Source: Thermodesulfobacteriota bacterium
GTDB lineage: Bacteria > Desulfobacterota > Desulfarculia > JACQYL01
Length of the DNA stretch: 64,000 nt
Reading direction: 5' to 3'
Assembly (NCBI GenBank): GCA_963675595.2
Contig: CAXXLZ010000001.1
Coordinates: 32,001 to 96,000 of the forward strand
The position numbers and the translations under genes were made by a program. The notes under the pieces are model-generated. The model saw only the letters and a list, made by a program, of their open reading frames with translations, searched no databases and was not told the origin of the DNA. Below are positions 28,768-40,083 of this stretch, one piece after another. The number at the start of each line of letters is the position of its first letter. Within the stretch, counting starts at the first letter, position 1.

Positions 28768-30183
28768 ATGGCCAAGATACTGATTCTGGACGATGATTCG
28801 AAGATTTGCCTGTTTCTTTCCCAGATGAGCGAGAGTCTGGGATATGAAGCCTGCACCGCCAATACCCTGAAAGACGGCCTGAGACTGGCCAATGAAGGCG
28901 ACTACGATCTGATTCTTCTGGACCTGGAATTTCCGGAGGGAAACGGACTTCAGATTCTACCGGAGCTCCTGGCCGCGGCTTCCAGGCCGGAGGTGATCAT
29001 CATTACGGGAACCGGAGGTGTCGGGGGCGCGGAATTGGCTTTCAAATGCGGGGCCTGGGATTATGTGCAGAAACCTTTCGTCCTGCACGAAGTATCCTTG
29101 CCCATGACGCGGGCGCTGCAATACCGTCGCGAGAAGGAGATCGCACGGAAACCGTTGACATTCGATCGAATGGGGATTATCGGGAGTTCCCCCGCCCTTA
29201 ACAGCTGTCTGGAACTGGCTGCCAAAGCCTCGGTAACCGATGTCAGCGTCCTGATTACGGGAGAGACCGGTACCGGGAAAGAGCTCTTAGCCAGGGCCAT
29301 ACACGAGAACAGCAGGCGAGGGGCCGGAAATTTCATTACGGTGGATTGCGGGGCCTTGCCCGAAACACTCGTCGAGAGCATTCTATTCGGTCACGAAAGA
29401 GGCGCTTTTACCGGCGCCGATAAGAGGAGAGAAGGGCTCATCGTTCAAGCCGACGGGGGAACCCTTTTTTTCGACGAGATCGGCGAGCTTCCGCTGAATA
29501 CTCAGAGGACTCTCCTTCGTTGCCTCCAGGAAAGGCGGATTCTCCCGCTGGGCGCCAAGCAAGAGGTTGCCGTGGATTTCAGGTTGGTGGCGGCCACGAA
29601 CCGTAACCTCGAGAAACTGGTTGAGGCGGGAAGGTTTCGTGAAGACCTTCTGTATCGCATACGGGCTGTGGAGATCGAACTTCCGCCGCTTCGAACTCGG
29701 GCGGACGATATTCAGGAAATAGCGATCGGCAAAATCCACCAACTTGCCAAGCGATACGGCACCGCTACGAAGGGGATCTCACCCGAATTCCTGGAGCTTC
29801 TGACGGCTCACAAATGGCCCGGAAACATCCGGGAGTTGATCAACATTATAGAATACGCGTTGGCTCTGGCGGGTGAGGATCCCACGCTCCATCCCAAACA
29901 TCTGCCCCCCGAATATCGTACGGTCAAACTGGACGGCGCCTCACACGGAAGGACGTCGCAAGAAACGCACGTCGGGGACCCCACATGTGAGGAATCGGAC
30001 TTTCCGACCCTCACCGAATACCGCGACAGAATCGAGAAGACGTACCTTCAGATGCTCCTGGAAAAGAGCCGAGGCGACAGAAAAGAAGCTTGTCGACTGT
30101 CCGGTGTTTCTCAATCCCGCCTTTACGATCTGCTGAAAAAACATCAGCTGACCGGCTTTAGACTCCAGCCCATCCTCGACTAA
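28768..30183 (+). CDS. Sigma54-dependent response regulator (NtrC family)
   Basis: REC domain, GETGTGKE, GAFTGA, FFDEIGE, WPGNIREL, Fis-type HTH. Confidence 0.95.
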   Translation: MAKILILDDDSKICLFLSQMSESLGYEACTANTLKDGLRLANEGDYDLILLDLEFPEGNGLQILPELLAAASRPEVIIITGTGGVGGAELAFKCGAWDYVQKPFVLHEVSLPMTRALQYRREKEIARKPLTFDRMGIIGSSPALNSCLELAAKASVTDVSVLITGETGTGKELLARAIHENSRRGAGNFITVDCGALPETLVESILFGHERGAFTGADKRREGLIVQADGGTLFFDEIGELPLNTQRTLLRCLQERRILPLGAKQEVAVDFRLVAATNRNLEKLVEAGRFREDLLYRIRAVEIELPPLRTRADDIQEIAIGKIHQLAKRYGTATKGISPEFLELLTAHKWPGNIRELINIIEYALALAGEDPTLHPKHLPPEYRTVKLDGASHGRTSQETHVGDPTCEESDFPTLTEYRDRIEKTYLQMLLEKSRGDRKEACRLSGVSQSRLYDLLKKHQLTGFRLQPILD

Positions 30184-30263
30184 GCTCCCTGCAAAAGCCC
30201 CCCCGGGGGCGGACCCAACCATCTTGTGAACGGGCGCAGCCCTTCACTCTCCAAAAAGAATGA

Positions 30264-30409
30264 TTCCGAATTCCAGGAAATCGGAAAAAAAGCCTTCCGA
30301 TTTTCCGGGAAAGAGGAGGATCGGGTTTTGTTATGCACTTGAGAAAATCGATCAATATGCTGAAATGAGATCGGATTTTCAAATACGTCCTGCTCGGCAC
30401 GCTAAATGC
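30264..30409 (+). promoter_or_regulatory. Putative enhancer sites plus sigma54 promoter
   Basis: TTCCG-N13-CGGAA (30264-30286) and TTCCGATTTTCCGGGAA (~30295); CGGCACGCTAAATGC with GG at 30396 and GC at 30408. Confidence 0.65.
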
Positions 30410-30482
30410 TTAGGTGAGAATATGGGTGCGAAGTGCCCTGTCCAGACAATCCGATGGTCTGAAAGCGAGAGGTGGAGAAGGA

Positions 30483-30866
30483 ATGCAGGTATTGCTTTGT
30501 ACGGGAAACGGCGTTTGCAGAGCCTCCGAGCTGCTGAAGAAGGAAATCGAGACTCTGGTGCCCGCCGGTATGCTCGAAACAGTCAGCGGTGTAACGGACC
30601 TAATGGAGTATTTGAAGCGCCCGAGGCCGGGAAACAAGATCGTGATCCTTCTGGCGAGGGATGGTGAAGAACTTGAGCAGTACCTGTCCATTAAAAGCAT
30701 GATCATCGATCTTCCATTGGTGCTGATCCTTCCCGATTTGGGAAAGAATACAATAAGTAGGGCGTGCAGGCTGTACCCTAGATTCATGAGTTATATTGAG
30801 AGCAATTTTATGGACGTGGCCACCGTTGTGAGACAAATGTTAATTAAGACCAGAGTAATCTGCTGA
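30483..30866 (+). CDS. Hypothetical protein, possibly a degenerate receiver-like fold
   Basis: GGAG/AAGG RBS, alternating beta/alpha pattern, ending LILPD..ACRLYPRFMSY; lies downstream of the sigma54 promoter. Confidence 0.65.
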   Translation: MQVLLCTGNGVCRASELLKKEIETLVPAGMLETVSGVTDLMEYLKRPRPGNKIVILLARDGEELEQYLSIKSMIIDLPLVLILPDLGKNTISRACRLYPRFMSYIESNFMDVATVVRQMLIKTRVIC

Positions 30867-31152
30867 CATATGGAAAACGCATGAATATGTCCCGATGAGT
30901 ACTTGCGGAGCAAGAACTATGCATGCCTTCAATGCGTTAATGTGGAATGTTGGTTATCCGAAAGTAAGAGAGGGTGACGCATTAAGCTTCGAAATTTTGG
31001 GTGGAAGACATACGGTATATATGGCTGGACAGAGAGTCTGGTAGTAATTTAGTGAAAAATGATCTTTCAGAATTATAGTCTGTTATCGTGGCGATTTAGT
31101 CGAATAAATAGATATCCATGCGACGTAACGGGTGGAAAGGAGAAACATAGAG

Positions 31153-33081
31153 ATGAAAAAACGATCACTCAATTGCAAGCTGATTGTTTTTGGAGTCTTA
31201 ATTGTTGTTGTCCCTATGTCGGTCATAGGAGTCTTTTCGATCGTTAGAACTTCCGATTCTCTCGAAACGTTGGCAAAGGGGGGGGCCGTCAACGTAGCCG
31301 TAAACCTGGCCGATATGACTCAGTTGGTTCTGGAGGAGGAACTGAAGATCGCAACAGAACTGAGCCTAACGAATACCACGCTTGCCGCCGCACGCAAAGT
31401 TGCTGAGGTCGGGGTCGACGGTTCCAAGTCCGAGATTGCCGAATTGAGTGGAATGCTGGGCAAGATGTTGAGTAATCGAAGCGAAGGTTATGAAGCCATA
31501 TTGGTAACCGACGCGAATGGTACCGTGTATGCCGATGGGAACAATGGAAAATTTGTAGGTGTTTCTCTTGCGGATCGGAAGTATTTCCAGACGGCCAAGC
31601 AAGGAAAGGCGAACGTGTCGACTCCGGTGAAGTCGAAGCTCACAGGGGGTAATATCGCTCCTGTAAGCGCACCGATCATGTCCGACGACAATCGAGTGCT
31701 CGGGACGTTGACCAACGTTATGCGGATGAAGTTTCTATCGGACAAGATCGTGTCCGTCAAAGTGGGCGAAACGGGGTATCCGTTTATGGTCGACGCCGGC
31801 GGCATGGCCATCGTTCATCCGAACGACAAACATGTTTTGAAAACGAATTTTGCGCAATTGGAAGGGATGAAGGGCATTACCTCGAAGATGCTGGCGCTCG
31901 AAACCGGAGTAGCTTCCTATGCTTTTGAAGGAATCAACAAGATCGCTGCGTTCGCACCGGTACCGCTTACGGGATGGAGCGTCGGTGTGACGCAACCCGT
32001 GCATGAGTTCCTCGCCGCGGCTCGGGCGATTCGGAATTTCATCATTCTATTCGGTGGCATCTTTCTGGTTTTGACCGTGACGGGCGTCCTGTTCTTCGCA
32101 CGGGGCATCAGTAAGCCCATCATGCGCGCAGTGCACCTGATGAATGAGGGAGCCGAGCAAGTCGCCGGAGCTTCCGGAGAGGTGGCCACCGCCGGGCAGT
32201 CGCTTGCGGAAGGAGCGTCCGAACAGGCGGCGTCCATTGAGGAAACTTCGTCCTCCTTGGAGCAGATGGCCGCGATGACCAAGCGGAACGCCGAGCATGC
32301 GGATCAGGCCAATAGACTCATGCATGAGGTCAGACAGGTGGTTGGTGAGGCTAATGAAAGAATGGCCGGAATGAACGAATCCATGGGGGAAATTTCAAAA
32401 TCCAGTTCCGAGATGTCGAAGATCATTAAAACCATTGAAGAAATCGCCTTTCAAACCAACCTGTTGGCTCTGAATGCCGCAGTGGAGGCCGCGCGAGCGG
32501 GAGAGGCGGGGGCCGGCTTCGCCGTGGTGGCGGACGAAGTTCGGAACCTGGCCATGCGTGCCGCGGAAGCCGCCAAGAGCACAGGCACCTTGATTGAGGA
32601 TACGGGCAGGAAAGTCAACGAGGGCGCGGCACTGGTGAACGAAACCAACGAAGCTTTCTCAAAGGTGGTGGAGAGTTCCAACAAAGTGGGGAGTTTGATC
32701 GGAGAGATCGCGGCCGCTTCCACCGAGCAGGCGCAGGGAATTGACCAGGTGAACATAGCGGTTGCCGAGATGGATAAGGTGGTCCAGCAAAATGCGGCCA
32801 ATGCGGAGGAGTCGGCGAGCGCTTCGGAGGAGTTGAGCGCTCAGGCCGAGCAGATGAAACGCGTGGTTGCCGATCTGGTGACCGTAGTGGTCGGGGCCGC
32901 CAAAGAATCCTCGTCAACGTATGGAGCGTCGAGGCGCTTGGACTCCGGAAAAAGAAGAGGGGCGGCCCGTCCTTTGCGCTTCTCCAAGAGAACAGTCCCG
33001 TCCTTGCGGGACTCCGAGGGAGAGAAATCGGCGCAGGCGCGGCTCATTCCGTTGGATGATGCGGAACTCGGCGAGTTCTGA
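31153..33081 (+). CDS. Methyl-accepting chemotaxis protein with dCache sensor
   Basis: Two TMs, DRKYFQ/GETGYPF Cache motifs, [34 protein letters not shown]. Confidence 0.95.
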   Translation: MKKRSLNCKLIVFGVLIVVVPMSVIGVFSIVRTSDSLETLAKGGAVNVAVNLADMTQLVLEEELKIATELSLTNTTLAAARKVAEVGVDGSKSEIAELSGMLGKMLSNRSEGYEAILVTDANGTVYADGNNGKFVGVSLADRKYFQTAKQGKANVSTPVKSKLTGGNIAPVSAPIMSDDNRVLGTLTNVMRMKFLSDKIVSVKVGETGYPFMVDAGGMAIVHPNDKHVLKTNFAQLEGMKGITSKMLALETGVASYAFEGINKIAAFAPVPLTGWSVGVTQPVHEFLAAARAIRNFIILFGGIFLVLTVTGVLFFARGISKPIMRAVHLMNEGAEQVAGASGEVATAGQSLAEGASEQAASIEETSSSLEQMAAMTKRNAEHADQANRLMHEVRQVVGEANERMAGMNESMGEISKSSSEMSKIIKTIEEIAFQTNLLALNAAVEAARAGEAGAGFAVVADEVRNLAMRAAEAAKSTGTLIEDTGRKVNEGAALVNETNEAFSKVVESSNKVGSLIGEIAAASTEQAQGIDQVNIAVAEMDKVVQQNAANAEESASASEELSAQAEQMKRVVADLVTVVVGAAKESSSTYGASRRLDSGKRRGAARPLRFSKRTVPSLRDSEGEKSAQARLIPLDDAELGEF

Positions 33082-33253
33082 GCAGGTGAAGGTATCCGGC
33101 CTGAAAAGACGGTTGGGGCTTTGGACAAGGATTATACGCGTTGAGTCATTGGGAATGCCGAACAAATAGACGTTGGAGTGCGTCGGATGAGCGCGTTGGA
33201 AAGCGGACGGGCCGGCATCGGGATGGTGTCGGTCACCTGGGAGAGAGCCGAGC

Positions 33254-33901
33254 ATGCTGAACATATTTGAACAAAGAGTGCATGAGTTGGAAAACAGGTA
33301 TCAGCTTCTTGCGGACAATCTGTTTGACGCGATCTGGGTCGTGGATGTGGAGACGATGACCTATGACTATATTACTCCCTCCGTTCAACGAATCAGCGGT
33401 TTGAAATCCGAGGAACTTATCGGTTCGCCCATCAGTGCTCGGATGCCCAAAGAATCGGTTGAGGAAATGTACAGGGTGTTGAATGAGGCTCGGCTGCAGA
33501 CGGAAAAAGGGGCCAACCCCATTCGGACCCTCGAACTTGAACTGATCCATAAGGACGGACATCCCTATTGGGTCGAAATAAAGGCAAAGTTTCTGAAAGA
33601 AGAAGGGAAACCGCTTAAGATCGTCGGAGTGACACGAGATATTACGCTGCGCAAGAATGCCGAGTTGAAACAAAATGAACTGATCCGGAAACTGAATGAG
33701 GCGCTTGCCGAGAAACAGCGCTTGCTCAGAGAAAACAAGATGCTTCGTGATATCCTACCCATATGCAGCGGGTGCAAACGGATCAGAGATGAAAACAATC
33801 GCTGGTGGCCGTTGGATGTGTTTGTGGAGCGTCACACGAAATCCAAATTCAGCCACACGATCTGTCCGGATTGCAGGTCCGTCATCTACGACGAAAGCTG
33901 A
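33254..33901 (+). CDS. PAS-domain protein with C-terminal Cys-rich metal-binding tail
   Basis: PAS ending RDIT, a coiled coil, then LPICSGCKRIRD..W..SHTICPDC. Confidence 0.85.
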   Translation: MLNIFEQRVHELENRYQLLADNLFDAIWVVDVETMTYDYITPSVQRISGLKSEELIGSPISARMPKESVEEMYRVLNEARLQTEKGANPIRTLELELIHKDGHPYWVEIKAKFLKEEGKPLKIVGVTRDITLRKNAELKQNELIRKLNEALAEKQRLLRENKMLRDILPICSGCKRIRDENNRWWPLDVFVERHTKSKFSHTICPDCRSVIYDES

Positions 33902-33978
33902 ACCAAGTGGGGGAGTCGGCCGGGGTCCGGTATCCTCGGTGAAAAGGATTCATTGGAACGTAATCCGAGAGGCCGTCT

Positions 33979-36900
33979 GTGGAAACACGTGGGAGCAAAG
34001 CGGTGAAAAGTGCGACCGGGGTATCTTCAAGACCACGATCTTTACAAGTCATGTCGGCTGCGGCCTTTTTTGTCGTAATCGCCGCAGCGCTCCTGGTTTA
34101 TGCAGCCCTGGAAGCGCTGCTCGATGGGGCGAGCCTCCTTGTGATTCCCGCGTTGGCTCTGACGGCGGGCATTATCGGATGGGTCTTGGCTGGGAGAGCG
34201 GTCGAGCCCGTGCGCCGTCTGACGGCGATCGCGTCCAGGATCGCGGCGGGCGAGAGAGGTTTGCGGACCGTGGTCGGCGGCCCTCGAGAGTTGGCGGAAT
34301 TTTCCGCGGCCTTCGACGGAATGACGGCTCAACTCCAGGATAGCCTCAGAGAGATGGAGCGGCGTTTCGCCGGAGTGAAGCAAACGGAAGAGGCCTTGCG
34401 AATCAGTGAAGAACGACTTCGGCTGGCGCTCGACGGGACTTCCGACGGGATCTGGGATTGGGATGTCCGAACCGGACAAACATACTTCAGCCCTCGCTAC
34501 TACACCATGCTGGGTTACGTACCCGATGAGTTTCCACCATCATACGAAAGTTGGCTGGAACGATTGCATCCGGATGACGCACAAGCCGCCGAGGAGGCGG
34601 TCCGGCGCAGCGTGGAAGCCCACGTGCCCTTTGTGATAGAGTTCCGGTTCAAAAAGAAAAACGGAGAGTGGTGCTGGCTCTTGGGGCGCGGCAAAGTCGT
34701 GGAGTCGGACGAGAATGGGAATGCCGTTCGGGTGGCCGGTTCTCACACGGACATAACGGAGCGCAAGCAGGCGGAAGTCGACTTGCTTCAGGAGAAGCTC
34801 TTCTCGGATACGCTCATTCACGCCATGCCCGGAATTCTCTGTGTCTTCGATGAACAACAGAGGTTCGTGAGATGGAACAGAAGGTTCGAGGAAATCGGCG
34901 GTTACACGGGGGAGGAGATTCGCGGCATGGGGCCGACGGACTTCTTCGTCGGGGAGGATTCGCCACGTGTCGTTGGGAAGATCAAGGAAGCGTTAACCCA
35001 AGGGCAAGCGGAAACAGAAGCCGACTTTGTCACCAAAGACCGGAGGAGCATCCCATACCACTTTAAAGGGGTACGGTTCTCCATCGACGGGAAACCTCAC
35101 CTTCTCGGCATCGGTGTCGACATCACCGAGCGGAGACGGTCCGAGGAGGCGCTTGAACGACGCATTGCCGCATTGACTCGGCCGTTGGATGCCGAGGAAG
35201 GGATTGCTTTTGAAGACCTTTACGACCTGTCCGAGATTCAGCGTTTGCAGGACCTGTACGCGGAAGCCTTCGGGGTGGCGGCCCTGATTACCCGTCCGGA
35301 TGGAACGCCCATCACGCAACCCAGTAATTTCTGTGAACTCTGCGGTCGGTTCATTCGCACCAGTCCGGTGGGACTCAAGAACTGCATGCATTCCGACGCC
35401 ATGATCGGGATGCACAATCCCGCGGGCCCCAACATCATGCCGTGCCTTAGCGCCGGTTTGTGCAATGCCGGCGTCAGCATTACGGTGGGCGGACATCATG
35501 TGGCCAACTGGCTGATCGGCCAAGTGCGCAATGAAAACCAAAAAGAAGAAGAGATCATGGAATACGCCCGCGAACTCGGCGCGGACGAAGATGCGTTTCG
35601 TGCCGCCTATCGAGAAGTGCCCGTCATGTCTCAGGAGCAGTTCGACAAACTGGCTCACGTGCTTTTCGAGTTGGCCAATCAGATATCCAGGGCCGCCTAT
35701 CAAAACGTCCAACAAGCGAGGTTCATTGCCGAATACACCCGATCGGAGGAGCAACGGAAGGAGATTTCCGAGCGATTCCAGACGGTTTTTCAGGAAGCGC
35801 CCATGGGCATCAACATAGTATTCCCGGACGGTCGCTATGTCGATGCGAACGACTACCTGCTGAAAGCTCTTGGTTACTCGCTGGAAGAGATCAGGACCAA
35901 AACCGTTTTCGACATTACGCATCCCGATGATCGCTCGGACACGGACGAACTCGCGGACCAGCTCCGCTCGGGACGGATGGAATCGTACGAAATGAGGAAG
36001 CGCTACCTGAAAAAGGACGGCGGCATATTGTGGGGTCGACTACGCACAAGGGCCCTTCGCAACGAAGACGGGGAGCTCAGGTATTGCATCGGCATTATCG
36101 AAGACATCACGGAGCAACACCAAGCGCAGCAGCATACCGCCAGGCTGCTTCAAGCAATCGAAAGCACGGTGGACGGCATCGGGATTGCCGACATGGAAAG
36201 AGACGTCATCTATATGAATCATTCATTGGAAATTATGAGCGGCTACGGCATTGAGGAATTGAACGAAAAAGGCGGGCCCCCGGCTTTGTACGCCGAACAT
36301 GACCTTGCCGAGCAAGCCATATCCGGGGCGTTCGAGGGACGTGCCTGGCGCGGGGAATTGACCTTGGTACGCAAAGACGGGAAGACCGTGCCCATCGAAA
36401 TTTCCACTGATCCCATTTTCGACGAAGCCGGCAACTTGATCGGCGCCATCGGCACGCACCGGGATATTTCGGAACGAAAGGCGTACGAGGGCCGGTTAAG
36501 GAAATACGAGCAAATGGTTTCGGCCTCCAGCGACCAAATGGTGATGGTGGGACGAGGTCTGTTCTATGAAGCGGCGAACAAAAAGGCTCTTGAGTACGTG
36601 GGATGGTCCAGGGAAGATCTTGTCGGTCGAGCCGTCGGCAGCGCGTTCACTGATGAGAGCCTACGCGCCCAAGGACTGGCCGCCCTGGAACAAGCATTCG
36701 CCGGTGAGACTGTGAATTATCAGCGCTATATCGACTATCCTCACCTCGGCCGTCGGTATATAGACGTATGGTATTCCCCCGTGCTTGATGAGCAGGGGGG
36801 TGTGGAAAGCGTGGTCATCAACGCGCGGGACCTGACGGAGAACAAGAAGCTGGAAGAACAGCTGATGCAGTCCCAAAGGATCGAATCCCTGGGAACACTC

Positions 36901-37587
36901 GCGGGGGGCGTGGCCCATGAGATCAACAACCCCATCAACGGCATCATGAATTACGCACAGCTCATCATGGATCGTGCGGAAGAGGGAAGCCCTTCGAAGG
37001 AATTCGCCGGTGAAATCATCCATGAGACCCAACGCGTGGCCGGCATCGTGCGCAACCTGCTCACTTTTGCCCGACACGAAAAACAGGCCCACAGCCCGGG
37101 CCGGATGGAAGACATCGTGGCTTCCGTGCTTTCCCTGATTCAGACGGTCATGCGTCACGATCAGATCGATCTTCACATCGAAATTCAGGAAGGGTTGCCC
37201 AAGTTCAAGTGCCGGAGTCAGCAGATTCAGCAGGTGCTCATGAATCTGATGACCAACGCACGGGATGCGCTCAATGAGCGCTATCCGGAATACAGCCCGG
37301 AAAAGCGGTTGAGCGTCTCCGCGCGATTGCTCGACAAGGCGGGGAAAAGATTCATTCGAACCACGGTGGAGGATACGGGTATGGGGATCGCACCGGAAAT
37401 CCGGGACCGGATCTTCGATCCCTTTTTCACCACCAAGCCTAAAGAAACCGGCACGGGTCTGGGGCTTTCCATCAGCTACGGCATTGTGAGGGATCACCAC
37501 GGAGAATTAACCATTGAGAGTGAAGCCGGGCGCTACACGCGTTTTCACATGGACCTGCCCGTGGATAACGGCTGGACGCTTTCATAG
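33979..37587 (+). CDS. Sensor histidine kinase (HAMP-PAS-PAS-PocR-PAS-PAS-PAS-HisKA-HATPase); start may be 34051
   Basis: HAMP; PAS repeats; PocR-like [34 protein letters not shown]; [13 protein letters not shown]. Confidence 0.92.
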   Translation: METRGSKAVKSATGVSSRPRSLQVMSAAAFFVVIAAALLVYAALEALLDGASLLVIPALALTAGIIGWVLAGRAVEPVRRLTAIASRIAAGERGLRTVVGGPRELAEFSAAFDGMTAQLQDSLREMERRFAGVKQTEEALRISEERLRLALDGTSDGIWDWDVRTGQTYFSPRYYTMLGYVPDEFPPSYESWLERLHPDDAQAAEEAVRRSVEAHVPFVIEFRFKKKNGEWCWLLGRGKVVESDENGNAVRVAGSHTDITERKQAEVDLLQEKLFSDTLIHAMPGILCVFDEQQRFVRWNRRFEEIGGYTGEEIRGMGPTDFFVGEDSPRVVGKIKEALTQGQAETEADFVTKDRRSIPYHFKGVRFSIDGKPHLLGIGVDITERRRSEEALERRIAALTRPLDAEEGIAFEDLYDLSEIQRLQDLYAEAFGVAALITRPDGTPITQPSNFCELCGRFIRTSPVGLKNCMHSDAMIGMHNPAGPNIMPCLSAGLCNAGVSITVGGHHVANWLIGQVRNENQKEEEIMEYARELGADEDAFRAAYREVPVMSQEQFDKLAHVLFELANQISRAAYQNVQQARFIAEYTRSEEQRKEISERFQTVFQEAPMGINIVFPDGRYVDANDYLLKALGYSLEEIRTKTVFDITHPDDRSDTDELADQLRSGRMESYEMRKRYLKKDGGILWGRLRTRALRNEDGELRYCIGIIEDITEQHQAQQHTARLLQAIESTVDGIGIADMERDVIYMNHSLEIMSGYGIEELNEKGGPPALYAEHDLAEQAISGAFEGRAWRGELTLVRKDGKTVPIEISTDPIFDEAGNLIGAIGTHRDISERKAYEGRLRKYEQMVSASSDQMVMVGRGLFYEAANKKALEYVGWSREDLVGRAVGSAFTDESLRAQGLAALEQAFAGETVNYQRYIDYPHLGRRYIDVWYSPVLDEQGGVESVVINARDLTENKKLEEQLMQSQRIESLGTLAGGVAHEINNPINGIMNYAQLIMDRAEEGSPSKEFAGEIIHETQRVAGIVRNLLTFARHEKQAHSPGRMEDIVASVLSLIQTVMRHDQIDLHIEIQEGLPKFKCRSQQIQQVLMNLMTNARDALNERYPEYSPEKRLSVSARLLDKAGKRFIRTTVEDTGMGIAPEIRDRIFDPFFTTKPKETGTGLGLSISYGIVRDHHGELTIESEAGRYTRFHMDLPVDNGWTLS

Positions 37588-37604
37588 ACGCTGGGACGAA
37601 AAAG

Positions 37605-39788
37605 ATGGCTAGTATCCTGATTGTTGATGACGAACGGAGCATTCGCATAACACTCAAGGCCTTCTTGGAAGACGAGGGATACCGAGTGGAAACCGCGGAA
37701 GAGGCCGAGTCCGCCATGGCGATCCTGAAAGAAAGACCGGTGGATGTGGTCTTGACGGACATCATCCTGCCGAAAGTGTCCGGAGTCCAGCTACTCCGAC
37801 GGATCCGGGGGGCGTTGCCCGACGTCCCGGTCATCATGATGACCGGGGAGCCTTCCCTGGAGACGGCTTCGGAATCGTTACGACATGGGGCTGTGGATTA
37901 TCTACAGAAACCCGTGGGAAAGATCGACATTGTCAAGACCGTTCGGAATGTTCTCCGAGTCAAACAGCTGAACGACGAGAAGAGACGTCTTGAGGAAGAG
38001 AACAAACAATATCTCAACCACTTGGAGGAATTGGTCGCCAAACGAACCCGGGCGCTCACATCGAGCGAAGCCGCCCTCCGTCGCCGGGCGGAAGAACTCG
38101 ACGTCCTGAACCATCTGGCACGTGGGGTGGGGGAGAGCATAACGGTGGATGCAACCATTCGGACGGGAATGCGACATATCGTTGAAGCCGTTTCACCGGA
38201 CTTGGCGGTGGTGTTTCTCCTGGACGGCGACAGCCTGGTTACCAGGGGCCTGTATCCCGAAGAGGTGGGAAAACTGTGGCAACCTGAAACGGATCGTCGC
38301 GTCGGGGAATGCCTTTGCGGCCTCTGCATCTCGGAGGACAAGCCCGCCTATTCCCTGGATGTTCATTCCGACGATCGTTGCACGCTGGACGAGTGTGAGA
38401 AGGCAGGCTTCTCTTCCTTCGTGGCCCTCAATCTGAAAAGCGGGTCAGAGACGCTCGGGGTACTCGGGCTTGGATCGGAACGGCCGAGAGATTTCGCTCA
38501 GGACGGTCCGTTCTTGGAGGCTCTTGCCAACGAGTTGGCGGTGGGCCTCAAAAAGAGCTTGCTCTATGAGCAATTGGAGCAGCGGGCCAAAGAAATCCAG
38601 GAGAGTCTCACCCGAATACGGGAGGGCGAAGCCGAACGGCTTCGCTTGGAGGCCCAACTGCACCAGTCTCAGAAAATGGAGGCCATTGGGACCCTTGCCG
38701 GCGGCATTGCGCACGATTTCAACAACATCCTTTCCGCGTTGCTCGGGTATACACAGCTGGCTCTCAGTGTGTTGGAAGGAAACGACCGCGTTCAACGTTA
38801 CTTGAACGAAGTGTTGACGGCCGGAGCCCGTGCCAAAGACCTGGTTCAGCAGATTATGACCTTCAGCCGCCAGGGCGACCAGACGGTGAAGCCGATTCAC
38901 CTCAAGCCCATCGCGGGGGAGGTGATCAAACTGCTTCGTGCCTCCCTGCCGTCCACTATCGAGATTCGCGAGAGCATGCAAAGCCGGTCGGCGATCATGG
39001 GGGATGCCACCAGGATTCATCAGGTACTCATGAATCTGTGTACCAATGCCGCTCATGCCATGCGGAACAAGGGCGGCCTATTGGAGGTACGAATCGACGA
39101 CATGGTTATGTCTTCCGAGGACAAGAAGCCATACACCGACCTTCTGCCCGGTTCCTATGTGCATCTGATGGTGAGTGATACGGGGCACGGGATGTCGAAG
39201 CACGTTCTGGATCGAATCTTCGATCCCTTTTTCACCACGAAGGAAAAAGAGGAAGGGACCGGTTTGGGCCTTTCGGTGGTGCACGGCATCGTGGGCCGCT
39301 TGGGGGGCGTCATCAAGGTTCGAAGCGTGGAGGGACAGGGGTCCACCTTTGATGTCTTTCTTCCCGCCGTCACCCATGAAGAACAAACGGCGATCCCGAC
39401 GGATGGATCACCCACGCGTGGAAAGGAGAGCGTCCTTTTCGTCGACGATGAGCCCATGTTGGTGGATATCGCCAAAAACATGCTTCAATCCCTGGGATAT
39501 AACGTAACCATCAGAACCAGTCCCATAGAAGCGCTGGAATTGTTTCGGTCGCATCCCGGCGATTTCGATGTGCTCATCACCGACCTGACCATGCCCAAAA
39601 TGACCGGAGATCAGCTGGCTCGAGAAATCAGAAAGTTGAACTCAAATATACCGATCATACTGTGCACCGGTTTCAGTTCCATGATGTCTCATGAACAGAT
39701 CGAGGAAATGGGGATTCAAGCCCTGCTCATGAAGCCCGTCCTCAGTCAGAAGCTCGTCGAAACGATCAGGGAGGTTTGTTCCCACTAG
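37605..39788 (+). CDS. Hybrid REC-GAF-HisKA-HATPase-REC protein
   Basis: N-terminal REC (LTDIILP), Cys-rich GAF (GECLCG..DDRC), AHDFNNIL, C-terminal REC. Confidence 0.93.
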   Translation: MASILIVDDERSIRITLKAFLEDEGYRVETAEEAESAMAILKERPVDVVLTDIILPKVSGVQLLRRIRGALPDVPVIMMTGEPSLETASESLRHGAVDYLQKPVGKIDIVKTVRNVLRVKQLNDEKRRLEEENKQYLNHLEELVAKRTRALTSSEAALRRRAEELDVLNHLARGVGESITVDATIRTGMRHIVEAVSPDLAVVFLLDGDSLVTRGLYPEEVGKLWQPETDRRVGECLCGLCISEDKPAYSLDVHSDDRCTLDECEKAGFSSFVALNLKSGSETLGVLGLGSERPRDFAQDGPFLEALANELAVGLKKSLLYEQLEQRAKEIQESLTRIREGEAERLRLEAQLHQSQKMEAIGTLAGGIAHDFNNILSALLGYTQLALSVLEGNDRVQRYLNEVLTAGARAKDLVQQIMTFSRQGDQTVKPIHLKPIAGEVIKLLRASLPSTIEIRESMQSRSAIMGDATRIHQVLMNLCTNAAHAMRNKGGLLEVRIDDMVMSSEDKKPYTDLLPGSYVHLMVSDTGHGMSKHVLDRIFDPFFTTKEKEEGTGLGLSVVHGIVGRLGGVIKVRSVEGQGSTFDVFLPAVTHEEQTAIPTDGSPTRGKESVLFVDDEPMLVDIAKNMLQSLGYNVTIRTSPIEALELFRSHPGDFDVLITDLTMPKMTGDQLAREIRKLNSNIPIILCTGFSSMMSHEQIEEMGIQALLMKPVLSQKLVETIREVCSH

Positions 39789-40083
39789 AGGCGGAGTGCC
39801 GGCCGGAACGGAATCGGCCGTCCCTCGCCCGATTCGCCCTCTCCATCCCTCGCCCCGTTGCTTTGCAGGGCGATCATGCCCGTCCCCCGTTCACGAAACT
39901 TGCCGTGAAAAATCATGAAATCCATGAGATAAAACCATGGTTTGGTGAATTGTGCCGATCCGCCAAGGAATGTAGAATGATTTCATGGGAAGCGAAAGCC
40001 GGTCGTCCCAAACAGCCGGCGATTCTTATACCGATTCCGGCGAAAACCGCTGAACCATCCGCCCCACGGGCCTACGGAAGACC

